Source of the DNA: Cenococcum geophilum
Lineage: Eukaryota
NCBI GenBank assembly: GCA_050273025.1
Contig: CP158635.1
Coordinates: 16,616,001 to 16,680,000, forward strand
Length of the DNA: 64,000 nt
Reading direction: 5' to 3'
The position numbers and the translations under genes were made by a program. Numbering within the stretch: the stretch's first letter is position 1; each line of letters opens with the position of its first letter. Under the pieces are notes generated by a model. It did not search any database, was not told the origin of the DNA, and saw nothing but the letters and a program-made list of their open reading frames with translations. This document shows, one piece after another, positions 52,200 through 64,000 of this stretch.

Positions 52200-53200
52200 A
52201 TTGCTTCCGCGCGGTGTTCGTACTTAGCATACTAATATACGGAGAGGCATGAGGTGGACGACGCAGTAGCTCTATGGCCATGAAGCACGACTTCTAAATA
52301 TCACCCGGATAAGGCCCGACGTGTTTAAGAAGCTCCTTAATTAGCTATAGGTGCACGGCGGCCTTAAGGATACAAAACTTCTATTAGCGGCTAAGAAGTT
52401 CAGAATATTCCTAATAATATTTAGTAATAATGCCTCGTATAAGTTACTAAGGTAACTTAGCACTTATCTATAACGATCTACTAGTAAGTATTTATTAGCT
52501 ACTAGCTAAACTCCCTATATTAATTTGCTGCCCTATAGAGCCATATATAAAGTCCTTTCTAGCCTTCTAAAATTATATCTAAAAGAGATTATAAATAACC
52601 CTAAATAATATCTTTTCTTTACTAATTGCATTAAGCCCTTAACGGTCTTATTTTCCTATTTCTATTAAGGGCGGCTATATAATATAGGCCTCCTAGCGCA
52701 GTAAGAAGGAGGATTAACGTAAAACGTATTTATAGCTATTAACTTCTAGTTAGATAAACTTCGTGTACGTTTTAGCTAAATAGGAGGGTATGGCCTATAA
52801 TAGTAGAGTAATTAGCTCTGCTAAAGTTAAAGGGTTTAAAGCCTTACCTAGTAAATACTACGTTATAAATACTAGGTACTCTAATATATCTATAACGCTT
52901 ACTCCTTACTATAGTATATAATATTATCTTTATAAATAGGTATAGGTAAATATAAAACCTTAAAATATAAAGGAGTTCTTTAATCTTTAATATACGGCGT
53001 TAAGGAATATAGTAGAGCGTATAATATATATTTTTAAGAATTGGTTTAGATTTTTTAAAGCTAGTAGGTGTAATATACGCTTTAATAATAGTTTATAACT
53101 TTATTAATATATATAATCTAGATAGCTTAGATAGCTTACTAATAGTAGAAGATAAAGAGATAAATAAGGAAAATAGGAGGCTTGTAAATAAGGAGAATAA
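52200..53200 (+). mobile_element. PIF/Harbinger transposase remnant, RIP-mutated
   Basis: FVYVLAK*EGMAYNSRV (=YVLAGWEGSAHDSRV), KYYVINTRY (=YYLADAGY), LTPY, and EFFNL*YTALRNIVER (=ELFNLRH..LRN.VER). Confidence 0.85.
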
Positions 53201-55079
53201 TATAAATAAGCAAATTTTCTAAGGAAAATTCCAAATTGCCGACTTATAGCCGGCAATTTTGTCCTTTTAAACCAAGTACTGCCCTACTACTGCCCTTTTA
53301 CTACCCTACCTGCCCTTTTACTGCTATACCTACCTTTTTACTACCCTGCTACTGCCCTACTACTACCCTACTACTACTGCTATTGCTACTATTGCTATAC
53401 TGTCCTATAGTAACACCTCTAGATATATAATATTAGTAGGTACCTCAGAGCTCTTGCTGCACCCGGCCTAAAAAGACTAAAACCAACTAAAAGAACCCTG
53501 AAAAACGCCTAGAGAATCCCCCTAAGATGCATGCATCGCAGGGGAGGCACACGTCGAACGACGGTGGTTTGTACTTGCGCGCGACCGCCAGAACCACGCC
53601 TAGCAATAGCCCTCCACAATAAAGATGGGTGAATACCACACTATAAAGCGGAAATACCTTTATTAAGAAAGCATCTAATAAAATATAAAGCTTATTAGAC
53701 GTGTTTAGTATCTAAAATTATAGGGGAGTAACTATTAGCTATAACGATTTAACGTAGCTAGTAGAATGGCTCCACCAGTTTAGTAAACCTTAGGCGCCCC
53801 TTTAGTAAACCCTTAATTAAATCCTCTAACGGCTAAGTAAAATTAAAAGTAAATAAAAACCCCCTTTACTAGCAAACCGCACCTAGGCCGCTATAGCTGC
53901 GCTTTTATAGTATAGGGAACTTAACCCCCTTAACATAATAACTGGGTATATAATTATAATATAATTAAATATAGAAAAAGCAAAGGGATTTAGGGGATAA
54001 TTAGAAATAGAAGTTCTTATAAAGATTTATAAAGAGGTCTATAACGCTGTTATAGTTTAATACCTTAAAAGTAGAGATATTAAAATTACCTTAAAGAACT
54101 AATAGGTAAAGGAACGAGCTATAAGGGTAGGGGATAGGCTAGGAGAATATATTGGTATAAAAGTACTCTATAAGAACTACCTAGTTAAAGTCCTAGTAGT
54201 TTTTATAAGCCTTAGGGTAGAAAAGGGACACTAGGTAGATAATAAAGTAATTATATAAGAGATAGTACGATAAATGGAACGCCTTATACTAGGATTTAAA
54301 ATCACCTAAATTTAATAGCTTTAGTAAGAAAATATAAACTAAGTAAATAATAAGAATAATAAGAGGATATAAGGGTTGCTAGAGACTTATTAGGGAGATA
54401 CTAAACAAATATATAGCTCCCTTATTATTAGTATATATATACTAGAAATGCAAAAACTCCTTATTTAAAAAGGAATAATTATAAACGGCCTTATATATAA
54501 TATAAGGCTCTATAACTATAGATTACGCCTAAAATAATACTATCGCTGTATATAATAGGGATACACCTAATCTATATATGCAGTATAGGTATACTATAGC
54601 TACTATACAGGTCCCTACAATATAAGATACTACTTAAATTAAGACTAAATAAAATGTATAAACTACTACTAAAGCATATATAAGGCGTAGGAGAGAGAAG
54701 ACTATATTAAATATAGGAGACGGAAGGTAAGGGCTTAATAGCTACGGGAATAACTGTACGCTAGGTTATATAAATAGAAATAATAAGTAATAAGCTAAGG
54801 GGGCGTAGGTGCCTTTTTAGCGTTCCCTACCTTTAATACTAAGGGGCTAGGCTAGCCTTCCCAAGCCTTAACGGGCTAAAAGTAATGCTATATAATATTA
54901 CTAGACTATATAGGGATATAAGGGTTATAGGGGATATAAGGGTTATAGGGGATATAAGGGTTATAGGGGATATAAGGGAGAGGACGCCCTATAGGAAGAC
55001 CCTTATAAATAGCTATAGTAAGCTTAAGACTAGGATAATTAAGAATTAGACTTAATGCGGTAAATATAATATTTATAGC

Positions 55080-57315
55080 TGTTACGGAAGTAGGCACGAG
55101 CTGGAATACAATATACTAAACAGGGTAGTAATTGAAGAAGGCTACGTACGTGTAACTATGCGTGGTTAATACAAAGACATTTGGATAAAGAAGAAGATTC
55201 TTTATGTGCCAGGTCGGGTATAAATAGGGGTTATAGGGGAACGTGCGTAGGTGTCTCGGGACGAACGTAAGCACGGGTTAAGAACGTTAAAACGCGCAGG
55301 GACGTGAGAACGTGTGAGTCCCGTGATAGTACCCCCCCCTTACTTCCGAGCTCCTGCGAGGCGTGTCGTGTATACAGAAAAAAACCTAATACGGGAAAAA
55401 AAATTCGTTAGCCCTTCTCCGCCCTTCTACGTCCTCCGTTACACAGGCTTCTCCAGTTCGGTCCTTCCATGTTTGATTGTTAGGCTACTAACTTATTAGG
55501 CCCAAAGCATAGCCTAGCTTCTATCGCCAGCTATACTTCTGTCCTCGCCGCTTGGAGACGCATTGCTGAAGCTTATATAGTCCCTTTCTCGCTTCTAGCA
55601 GCTCTACGGCCTTCCCTTCCTATACTCTAGGTCCCCCTAAAAAATTACCCCAATTTTTGGTCTAAAATGGGCGTTTTAGGCGGTATTTATCGGCCTAAAC
55701 GGCAGTATAGTACGGTCAGTACGGTGTTCGTGGTTGTGGTAAGGCATATTCTTGGCAGGTTCTTATCAGTGCGGTGCAGTATTCGTATCGTAGGCAGGTT
55801 CTTGTCGGTGGCAGTACGGTGCTAGCGTAGGTTCCGTAGGTATATCGGCACGGGATCTTATCAGATTCGGGTAGCAGTATGGTGCTAGCGACGTGTTCGG
55901 GTTCCGTAGGCGAATCGGCACGGAGCTTATCAGTTCATATGGTAGCAGTACGGTGCCAGCGACGGGGTCGTCTCGTAGGCATATCGGCACGAGGCTTGTC
56001 GGTTCGGGTAGGTAGCAGTACGATGCCAGCGACGGGTCGTCTCGTAGGCGTATCGGCACGAGGCTTGTCGGTTCGGGTAGCAGTACGGCTCGAAGCTTAT
56101 CAGTTCAGGTAGTAGCAGTACGGTGCCAGCGACGGGTTATCTCGTAGGCGTAACGGCACGAGGCTTATCGGTTCGGGCAGCAGTACGATGCAAGCGACAG
56201 GTTAAGGTATCCGAAGGCAGATCGGCACGGAGTCTTGTCAACAGGTTCGGGTAGCAGTACGATGCCAGCGACGGGTCGTCTCGTAAGCGTATCGGCACGA
56301 GGCTTGTCGGTTCGGGTAGCAGTACGATGCAAGCGACGGGCGGCTTAAGACAGTCTGGGCATCGGATGCGAATAGCTTCGGCGGCGGCAGTACGATGCTA
56401 GCGACAGATTCGGGCGGCTTAAGACAATTCGGGTATCAGATGCAGAGAGCTTCGGCAGCAGGTTCGGACGGTGGCAGTACGGTGCCAGCGACGGGTCGTC
56501 TCGTAGGCATATCGGCACGAGGCTTGTCGGTTCGGGTAGGTAGCAGTACGATGCCAGCGACGGGTCGTCTCGTAAGCGTATCGGCACGAGGCTTGTCGGT
56601 TCAGGCAGCAGTACGATGCAAGCGACGGGGTCGTAGGCGTATTGGCACGACGGGTTATCGGGGTCGTTTCGCAGGCGTATCGGCGCGAGGTCTTGTCGGT
56701 ACGTAGGGCAGTAACGGTGCAGGTCGGTAGGACAGCAGTACGATGCCAGCGCCGGGGTCGGGGTCGTCATGCAGTAGGATGCGAGCCATCAGGTCAAACC
56801 GAGGGGCAGTAACGTGCCTGTTCGTAAGCGGTAGCAGTAGGATGCAAGCCATCGAGGTCGCAGGCGTATCGGCGCGGTGTCTTGTCGGCAGGTCGTGATT
56901 CCACAGGCGTATTGGCGTGGTGTCTTGTCGTACCAGTTTAGAACCCCAGCGTCCTAGTCTACCCGCAGCCAGCAGCTCCTGTATCTACCCCGTAGGCGTA
57001 GAAAGGCATGCTCCGCGACCAGTAGCCTACAGGCCCGCCAGGTATAGAAAAGGGATCCAAATGTAGTGTCACGGAAGTAGGCACGAGCTGGAATACAATA
57101 TACTAAACAGGGTAGTAATTAAAGAAGGCTACGTACGCGTAACTATGCGTGGTTAATACAAAGACATTTGGATAAAGAAGAAGATTCTTCGTATGCTAGG
57201 TCGGGTATAAATAGGGGTTATAGGGGAACGTGCGTAGGTGTCTTGGGACGAACGTGAGCACGGGTCAAGAACGTTAAAACGCGCAGGGACGTGAGAACGT
57301 GTGAGTCCCGTAACA
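55080..57315 (-). mobile_element. Complete non-autonomous LTR retroelement (TRIM/LARD-like, 2236 bp)
   Basis: 249-bp LTRs at 55080-55328 and 57067-57315 (TG...CA-type ends) with a perfect 5-bp TSD ATAGC. A poly-G purine tract on the minus strand abuts the left LTR. The interior has no gag/pol. Confidence 0.93.
55800..56930. repeat. Internal array of two alternating hairpin motifs
   Basis: About 18 copies of GCAGTACGRTGC and about 13 copies of stem-AGGCGTATCGGC-stem, usually followed by CTTGTCGG. Confidence 0.88.
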
Positions 57316-57909
57316 ATAGCTAACTTTTAAAGGGTATATAGCTAACTAGTAAGAATAGGGGAAGAACTAAAGATAATAATAGATTTAAATATAAAAGCGC
57401 TAGTAAAAATATAAGATATAGGAATAGAAAGCTCTATATAAAATAAGTAGTAACTAGGGTATAGATATAAAAGATAGAAGTTTTAAATGTCCTAAAGAAA
57501 GTAAAAATAGAAGAAGTAAGGAATAAAGGAAAGGTAAAGGACCCTTACTAGGGGTCTGCCACCTATCTATTATATAGTATAACTACGGCAATGTAAATCA
57601 CTGTCTTATAAGGCCCTTACTAAACAGCCTAGACTTAGAGAAATACTATATCCTTACTATATAAGAGCCGTATTATAATGCCTATATATAATTAATATAC
57701 TACCCCTAAGAATTCTAGCTCCTATATAAACTAAAAGCAGCTATACGCGTATGCTTTATAATTAGTAAGGCTATTAGCCTGTCCTTATAGTTATAGTAGG
57801 CAGTTAACCTAGATATTATAGTTATAATAATCCAGATATATAGGGGACTGGTATAGATTATTAATATATATAACCCTAGGGTTAAAGGGGTCCTATAAAT
57901 AGAGAATAT

Positions 57910-59030
57910 TATAACGGCGCTATCGCACGTTACCTGCCAAATTCTGCCATATTCTGCTAACCTACAATTAGCTCGCCCAAAGCTAGCGCCTTAGCGGCTC
58001 ACCCTATATATTTATTTACACCGGTCCTAATAACCCCTTTTCCTTCTCCTTAGCTTAGTATCTTTGTAATATAGCATTCTATAAGCTTCGGTTTAGAGGC
58101 ATTTATATAAGCCGTAATATTATACTAAGCTCACCCTACCTTGCCTGGGAAGGCCTTAATAATATCCCACCCTAAAGAAACTTCGTCTGCAATAACGCAT
58201 TAACGCGCTATACTTAGATACTAAAATAACTCTATATTGCCTGGGAAGGCCTAGATAATATCCCACCTTATAAGCTAGATAGAACTAGACCTATACCCCT
58301 AGAATTAAAACTAAAGTATATAATACCAATAAACCTTAAGAAGCTAATAATGGCACCTAAAGTAAGCTTATTTAAGAGAGCTATCTCTACCTAAGAGGAA
58401 CCGGAGATCTAATTAGAATTAGAAATTAAAGATAATAATAACATCGTAAATATACGCGAGTAGATTTATGCCTTTATAGCTAGCTAGGAAGCCAATTGTC
58501 TTAAAGTAAGAAATATATAAGAGACCTTATAAGAGATCCTAGAAAGCCTTATAGCCCTATAAAATAGCCTAGCTTCCCCTTTTTAAAGCCCTAGCTAACC
58601 TGTTTACTCTACTAAATGCAATATACTAGGGAGTACGGATATAATAACGAAGTAATTAAAGTCCGTTAAGCTCTTTAACCCCCTACCACTATTTAACGGG
58701 ATAAACCCTACCTTTAAGAATTGGAGGATTTAAGTATAAGGAAAGCTCCGCGTTAACTATAACTACTTCCTTTCTAAAGAAGCTAAAATGCTCTACCTCT
58801 TTAGTTAAACTATAGGGGACGCCTAACGGCACCTTTAAGCTAAGTTTCAGGATAATTTCCCTATCTAATTTATATCTGTTAATAAGATAATATAGTACCT
58901 AGCGGCTATTTATATTAACCTAAATAAAGTACAGGATACCCGTTATAACTATAATTGCCTAATAATAAAACTAAACTAACCCTTTACTAAATTCTAGACT
59001 TAATTTTTACACTTTATAGGAGAAGGCTAG
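57910..59030 (+). mobile_element. Ty3/gypsy element: 5' LTR (57910-58119) and gag, interrupted
   Basis: LTR ends TATAACGGC...GCCGTAATA. The gag-like frame reads PLFNGINPTFKNWRI*V*GKLRVN...GDA*RHL. Confidence 0.75.
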
Positions 59031-61587
59031 TGTTACGGACGCTTTAAGTACGATGTTACGACTACTTAGAGAGGAGTTAAAAGAAGCTAGTTAGTTAATC
59101 TAGGCACGGTCTAGGATGGAGCCAATAGAGCTATGTGACGAGGAATAGTAACTAAGGTTATATAACATGCTATATATTAAATAAGAGGAATAAGAGGAAC
59201 TTACATACCTTATATATAAGACGTACATTACGTATAAGAAGGATTTTATAGGAGTACGGGTATGTATTTAAGGACCCTCAGTCCCTACCTAGATAGTTCC
59301 TTTCTTATAGTAATTCTTAGAATACAATTAGAGTTAATCTGTTAGGCAACCACTCTACTAGTTATTATTCCGTTATTAACTTCTTATACTTATATTTCCT
59401 ACACACCTAGCCTAATAATAGGACCTACCGTAGTTCTTGCTATAAGGTTCCGTTATATAATTACTACCTAGTTACGGTATTAATATAAGAAAGTTGAATA
59501 ACATGCCACCAAAAGCAGCCACCATAACGCTATTAACGGCGGCAACTACTTTAAGGTTAGATGACACCAGTATGGCAGATACTAACTTATAGCAACCTAT
59601 AACGGTCAGACAGTTATAAGAGGTAATTAATTAGTTAACAGCTAATAATACAGCGTTGGAAGAAAGGGTTAACGGGATTAGAGTAGTAAAGGTTAAGTTA
59701 CTATCAATTAAAAGATTCTTAGGAGAGAGATTAAAGCTTAAAGGATTCCTTACGCAAATACACTTTAAAGTAACGTAGGAAGGAGCTAAGCTACCAACAC
59801 CTATAGATCGAATAGCCTACGTAAGACTATTCCTGTTAGGAAGAGCACTTAAGTAGTTTAAGCCTTACCTTATAGAAATATAAACAAACAGAATAATAAC
59901 CACTAATTAGGAGGTGCGGTTTATATTCTTAAGCTAGGAAGGATTTATAGAGCGACTTATATAAATATTTAGAGACCTAGAGGCAGTAACCATAGCGGAA
60001 AGAAAACTCCAAGACATTACGCAACGAACTTTAGTAATTAAGTATATAATATAGTTCTAGACATTAGTAATATAAGTTAAGTAAAATAATAAGGCGCTTA
60101 TAGCATAATATAAGCAAGGACTTAAGGCTAAAGTCTAAGATATAATTATCCTAATGGAAGATACAGATACCCTACAGAATTTAATAGATTAGGTAATTAA
60201 GATTAACAATTAAATCTACCAAAGGGAATAGGCTAAAAAAGGTTAGAATAGAGTTTTATAGTTATATAAGACGTAGAGTATGTAACAACTAAAGCTAAGT
60301 TAGAAACTATAGTATAGCGCAGAGCTAATAGACCTAAGTAATACTAAAGAAGCCTATAAGAGATAGAGTAAAAAGCTATAAAAACCTAAAGGTTAAGGAT
60401 CTAGTAATTATAGGACTAAGGAGCAGAGGCTAAACTAGGGATCTTAGTAGTAGAAGACGTTTAGGCGGACTCTATAGCAAAGTTAATAGTTTAAAGACGG
60501 AGCTTATATAAATTATAGGAAATAAGGTTATTTTATAAGGGATTATAAAGATAGTTAGAGTTACTATATAATAAAGGGAACTAGACTAATAGCAGAAGAC
60601 ATATATATATAGAGGGATAATAGTATACTGCAAGGAATAAAGGAATGTTTAATTAAAAGTTTCGCGTTTTGTTATAACAACGCATACTAAATTTATAAAG
60701 ACGCTAAGTATAGTATAAGCTATTGGCTATAGGAGCTAAAATCCTTAAATTATAGGGGAACTAATAAACTAGTTTATAGATCGGATATTAAGGATAATAA
60801 ATTTAACGAAGGCGAAACATTTTATAACAACGAGGTAATAAGAGTAGCTTACTAGGAGCATATAGACCTCCAAGATGTTATACTAGAGGTAGAGAATAAT
60901 TCTACTATAGAACCGGGAATATTAGTAGGGATTAAGACCTACTAGATATAATATCTATCGCTTTATAAGACGTAAGAAAAGTAGGACAGTAAACTACTTC
61001 GGCACTTAATAAAGGCAAAAGGCTAAAGGCTTAAGATTCTTAAGATAAGTTAAAAGATAACTAAGATTCTTAAGATAAGATAAGGTAAGCTTAAGGACCT
61101 ATAACAGACAATAACCGATAAAGTAGAGTAGCGGCTTAGTTTAGCAATATACAAATAAGCTCGGGATAGAGTTTCCTACAGGTATAAGACTCTTAAGACG
61201 AGATAAGTAAGATTTAAGACTCTTAAGATAAGATAAGAACACTAAGTAAGCCTAATTGGACTAAGGCTAGAGTAAAGCTTAAGTTAGAAGCAAGCTTAGG
61301 ATTAAGAATCCTATGGAACTAAGACTTTAAGACACAAATAAGGACTATTAATAAGATTAGAGAATCTGCGGTATAAATAGTAACTAGACTAGGAGATAGG
61401 TATATAGACCCGGAAGACTTATTAGGGGAACGCAGTGTTTAGCCTAAAAATTAAAAAGTTAATACTAAGATTAAGAAGCAGGAAAACTTTAAGGATTTAT
61501 TAGTAAGACGTAAACTAAAAGAAACTATAGAGGAATTTAAGTAAAGAATTATCGCATAGTAAGAATAGAAACTAGATAAGAGATCTA
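59031..61587 (+). mobile_element. Second Ty3/gypsy element: 5' LTR (59031-59457) and gag region, interrupted
   Basis: LTR TGTTACGG...CCGTTATA. Gag reads MPPK...FLGERLKLKGFLTQI...GLKAKV*D, with a degenerate zinc knuckle at ~60500-60545. Confidence 0.8.
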
Positions 61588-64000
61588 TGTAACGGAACCT
61601 TGTAGCAAGAACTACGATGGGCTCGTTATTAGGCTAGGTGTGTAGGAAATGCAAGTACAAAAGTCAACAACGTAATAACAACTAGTGGAGTGGTTGCCTA
61701 ATAGATTAACTCTAATTATATTCTAAGAATTACTACAAGGAAAGGAACTATCTAGGTAGGGACTGTGGTCCTTTAAATATACATCTATACTCCTAAGAAA
61801 GTCGTTACTTTATTTACTCTATCTGCTCTATCTACTCTATTATAGATTATATAGATTATATAGATTATATAGATTATATTACGTGACCTAATTACTATTC
61901 CTCGTTATATAGTTCTATCGGCTCTATCCTAAACTATACCTAAATTAACTAACTAGCTTCTTCCGTCTCTTCTCTAAGTAGTTATAATATTATACTTAAA
62001 GCGTCCATAATACTATCTCCCTCCTCTTTATCTTCGTCCTTAAAGATTCCTAATATTTTTAAGTTGTTTACTAGAGGTATAATATCTGTCTAATTAATTT
62101 AGTTAATATCGTTACTTATAATACCTAAGGCTCCTTTATCCTCTTCTATAGTTTATTAATCTTATACTATTACTACGATACTATCTCTTAGTAAAATTAT
62201 ACCGTCTCTATATTCTCGTTATTTAAAAGAGGGGTTAGTCTATATTACGCTAGCAAGTCCTTTATCTTAATAACTATCCTCTTATTTAGAGTACACTAAA
62301 GCAAATATATAATTGTCCTATAATGTTTACTCTACTTCTAACGCTAAGTATGCGCGTTCTATAACTCTTAATAGTCTTTTAGTTCCCTAATTAATTTGTC
62401 TTAGGGTCTTATATTTAATCTACTGCTACGCGGCTAGATAACGAGCTATTAGTCGCTTTAGCTAAACTTTATTATTTTTAGGATACTAAGAGAGAGGCCG
62501 CTAATGCTTAATAATATACTCTAGACTCTCGTTTGGCTGCTTCCGCTTAGTTAATCCGTCTTAAGAAGGTGCGTAAGAAGGTGCGTTTTAAGGAGTAGAA
62601 ACTTATAGAATAAGGTTTATAGGAATTAGGTAATAAAAGAACGGACTTTCCTCTAATAGAGAAGGAAATAGATCTAAGTAGTTTAGTAACTGCTCTTTTT
62701 AGGTCCCCCTTAGGTAACTTATTCTTTAGCGATCCTTTTTTATTAATACTACCTAACCTAATCTCTTCTAATACTCTTATACCTTTTTTATAGCATTCTT
62801 TAAATTCTCTAATAGCTTCTAGGTAGTCTTAGTGTAGCCTATCTACTTAACCTTATACTATATTTTGTTGTTAATATTCTTATAATTAACGATCTTTAAT
62901 ACTTACTATTTGTCTTCTTCTTATCCTTTATACGTATCTGCTTTATAAACTAGTAGCTTAATATTCCTATATACTGGCTTTAGTATTGTAATATGCTATA
63001 TAGGGTAGATCTTTATTTTAGCTAGTAGGTTTAACTTAAACGTAACCGGTAAAATCTTCTACGTAATTTTAAAAGGTCCTAGTTTAACGTAGTCTAACTT
63101 TTTACTTAGTTGTTAACTCTTAAAATTTTTATATAGTAGCTATACTTTATCTCCCTCCTTAAGATCTAGTCCCTTAGATCTCTTAGCATTATAGTACTTT
63201 TTTATTCTTTCTTATACTTTCTTTACTAATTCCATAAGGTTTATATAAAGATTTATTAATATCTTTATTCTTTCTTTAGCTATACTACTCGTTTTCTTTA
63301 CTTGCCGTAGTAACAACAATATTCTTAGCTTATATCCGTAATTTGCCTTAAATAGTAATATACCTATTCCTTCTTAAGGTGTTATATTATATGCAAACTA
63401 TATAACTAGTAATAGTAATACCTAATTATTTTATGCGTGATTAATATAATGCCTTAGATACTGCTCTAGCGTCTAATTTAATCTTTCCGTTTAACCGTCT
63501 GTCTGCGGATAGTATGCGGTAAAAGTTACTACTTAAACTCCTTACTCTGCTAAGAATACTTTTTAGAATACTACTATAAATCTTAGATCTCTATCTAATA
63601 TAATTTTACTTAGTACTCTATATCTTATAAACACTTCTTTAATATAGATTCTAGCAATATCTTCTACTGATATTTCTTCCGTATAGGCTATAAAGTATCC
63701 CCACTTCGTAAGCTTGTCTATTATTACTAAGATTACGTTATAATCTTATCCGGTAATAGGATCTCTTAATTTTAGTAACTTAATAATAAAGTCCTATAAT
63801 ATAACCTCCTATAGTCTTTCTAGTGTTTTAATAAGTTATAGCCCTCTATACGGCTTATACCTTATTAGTTTATTCCTTTAGCAATTTAAATATTCCTTTA
63901 TAACTTTTCTAGCTATCCTTTAAATTCCGTTAATAATGTACTCCTTCTAAAGTCTTAACACTAAGCCTATAGCTCTATTATATCCTTAAGTTAGTCCCTT
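61588..64000 (-). mobile_element. Chromodomain-type Ty3/gypsy element of the same family, inverted: 3' LTR 61588-62012, integrase and chromodomain
   Basis: The LTR is the reverse complement of 59031-59457, with an adjacent purine tract on the minus strand. IIDKLTKWGYFI, PQTDG*TERLN*TLEQYLR, KLDYVKLGPF (GPY/F) and a chromo-like YKVK*IGY..T*. Confidence 0.88.

Larger units (their letters stand above)
53760..57909 (+). mobile_element. Tad1-like LINE remnant (ORF1 and start of the ORF2 endonuclease), interrupted at 55080-57315
   Basis: RIP-degraded CCHC knuckles at ~54530-54700 and an RG-rich repeat. After the insertion come YN...I*EPYYN...RVCFII...IINIYNP endonuclease motifs. Confidence 0.75.

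Noticed and set aside
52010..53500. TIRs for the Harbinger remnant
   Set aside because: The candidate ends near 52016 and 53500 do not match convincingly.
55766..56852. Repetitive ORFs inside the LTR element as real proteins
   Set aside because: Unit lengths vary and do not keep frame, ORFs occur on both strands, and there are no gag/pol motifs.
55800..56930. Hammerhead ribozyme (retrozyme) call
   Set aside because: No CTGATGA...GAAA core with proper stems was found on either strand.

Overview
This is fungal DNA from a filamentous ascomycete, split into three blocks. (1) 1-~39.5 kb is AT/TpA-rich DNA mutated by repeat-induced point mutation (RIP). It is mostly the relic of a giant Starship element on the minus strand, with a DUF3435 tyrosine-recombinase captain at 34290-36775. 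Its 5' end lies at ~37299, at a TTAC motif inside a Ty1/copia RT gene. Still-readable cargo pseudogenes include RNase III, F-box/ankyrin, GT32 glycosyltransferase, nucleoside 2-deoxyribosyltransferase-like, patatin-like phospholipase and DUF3723. (2) ~39.5-52 kb is a GC-balanced island with a C2H2 zinc-finger gene, an intact piggyBac-type transposon lacking TTAA flanks and a GH43 pseudogene. It also holds an intact head-to-head pair: a Cys-rich-domain/tandem-retropepsin fusion gene and a DUF6594-like membrane-protein gene. (3) ~52-64 kb is a RIP-degraded nest of Harbinger, LINE and Ty3/gypsy elements. It includes a complete non-coding LTR element that appears to self-prime and whose interior is an array of two hairpins with covarying stems. 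All family calls come from reading motifs by eye, with no database searches. Pseudogene boundaries in RIP regions are approximate.
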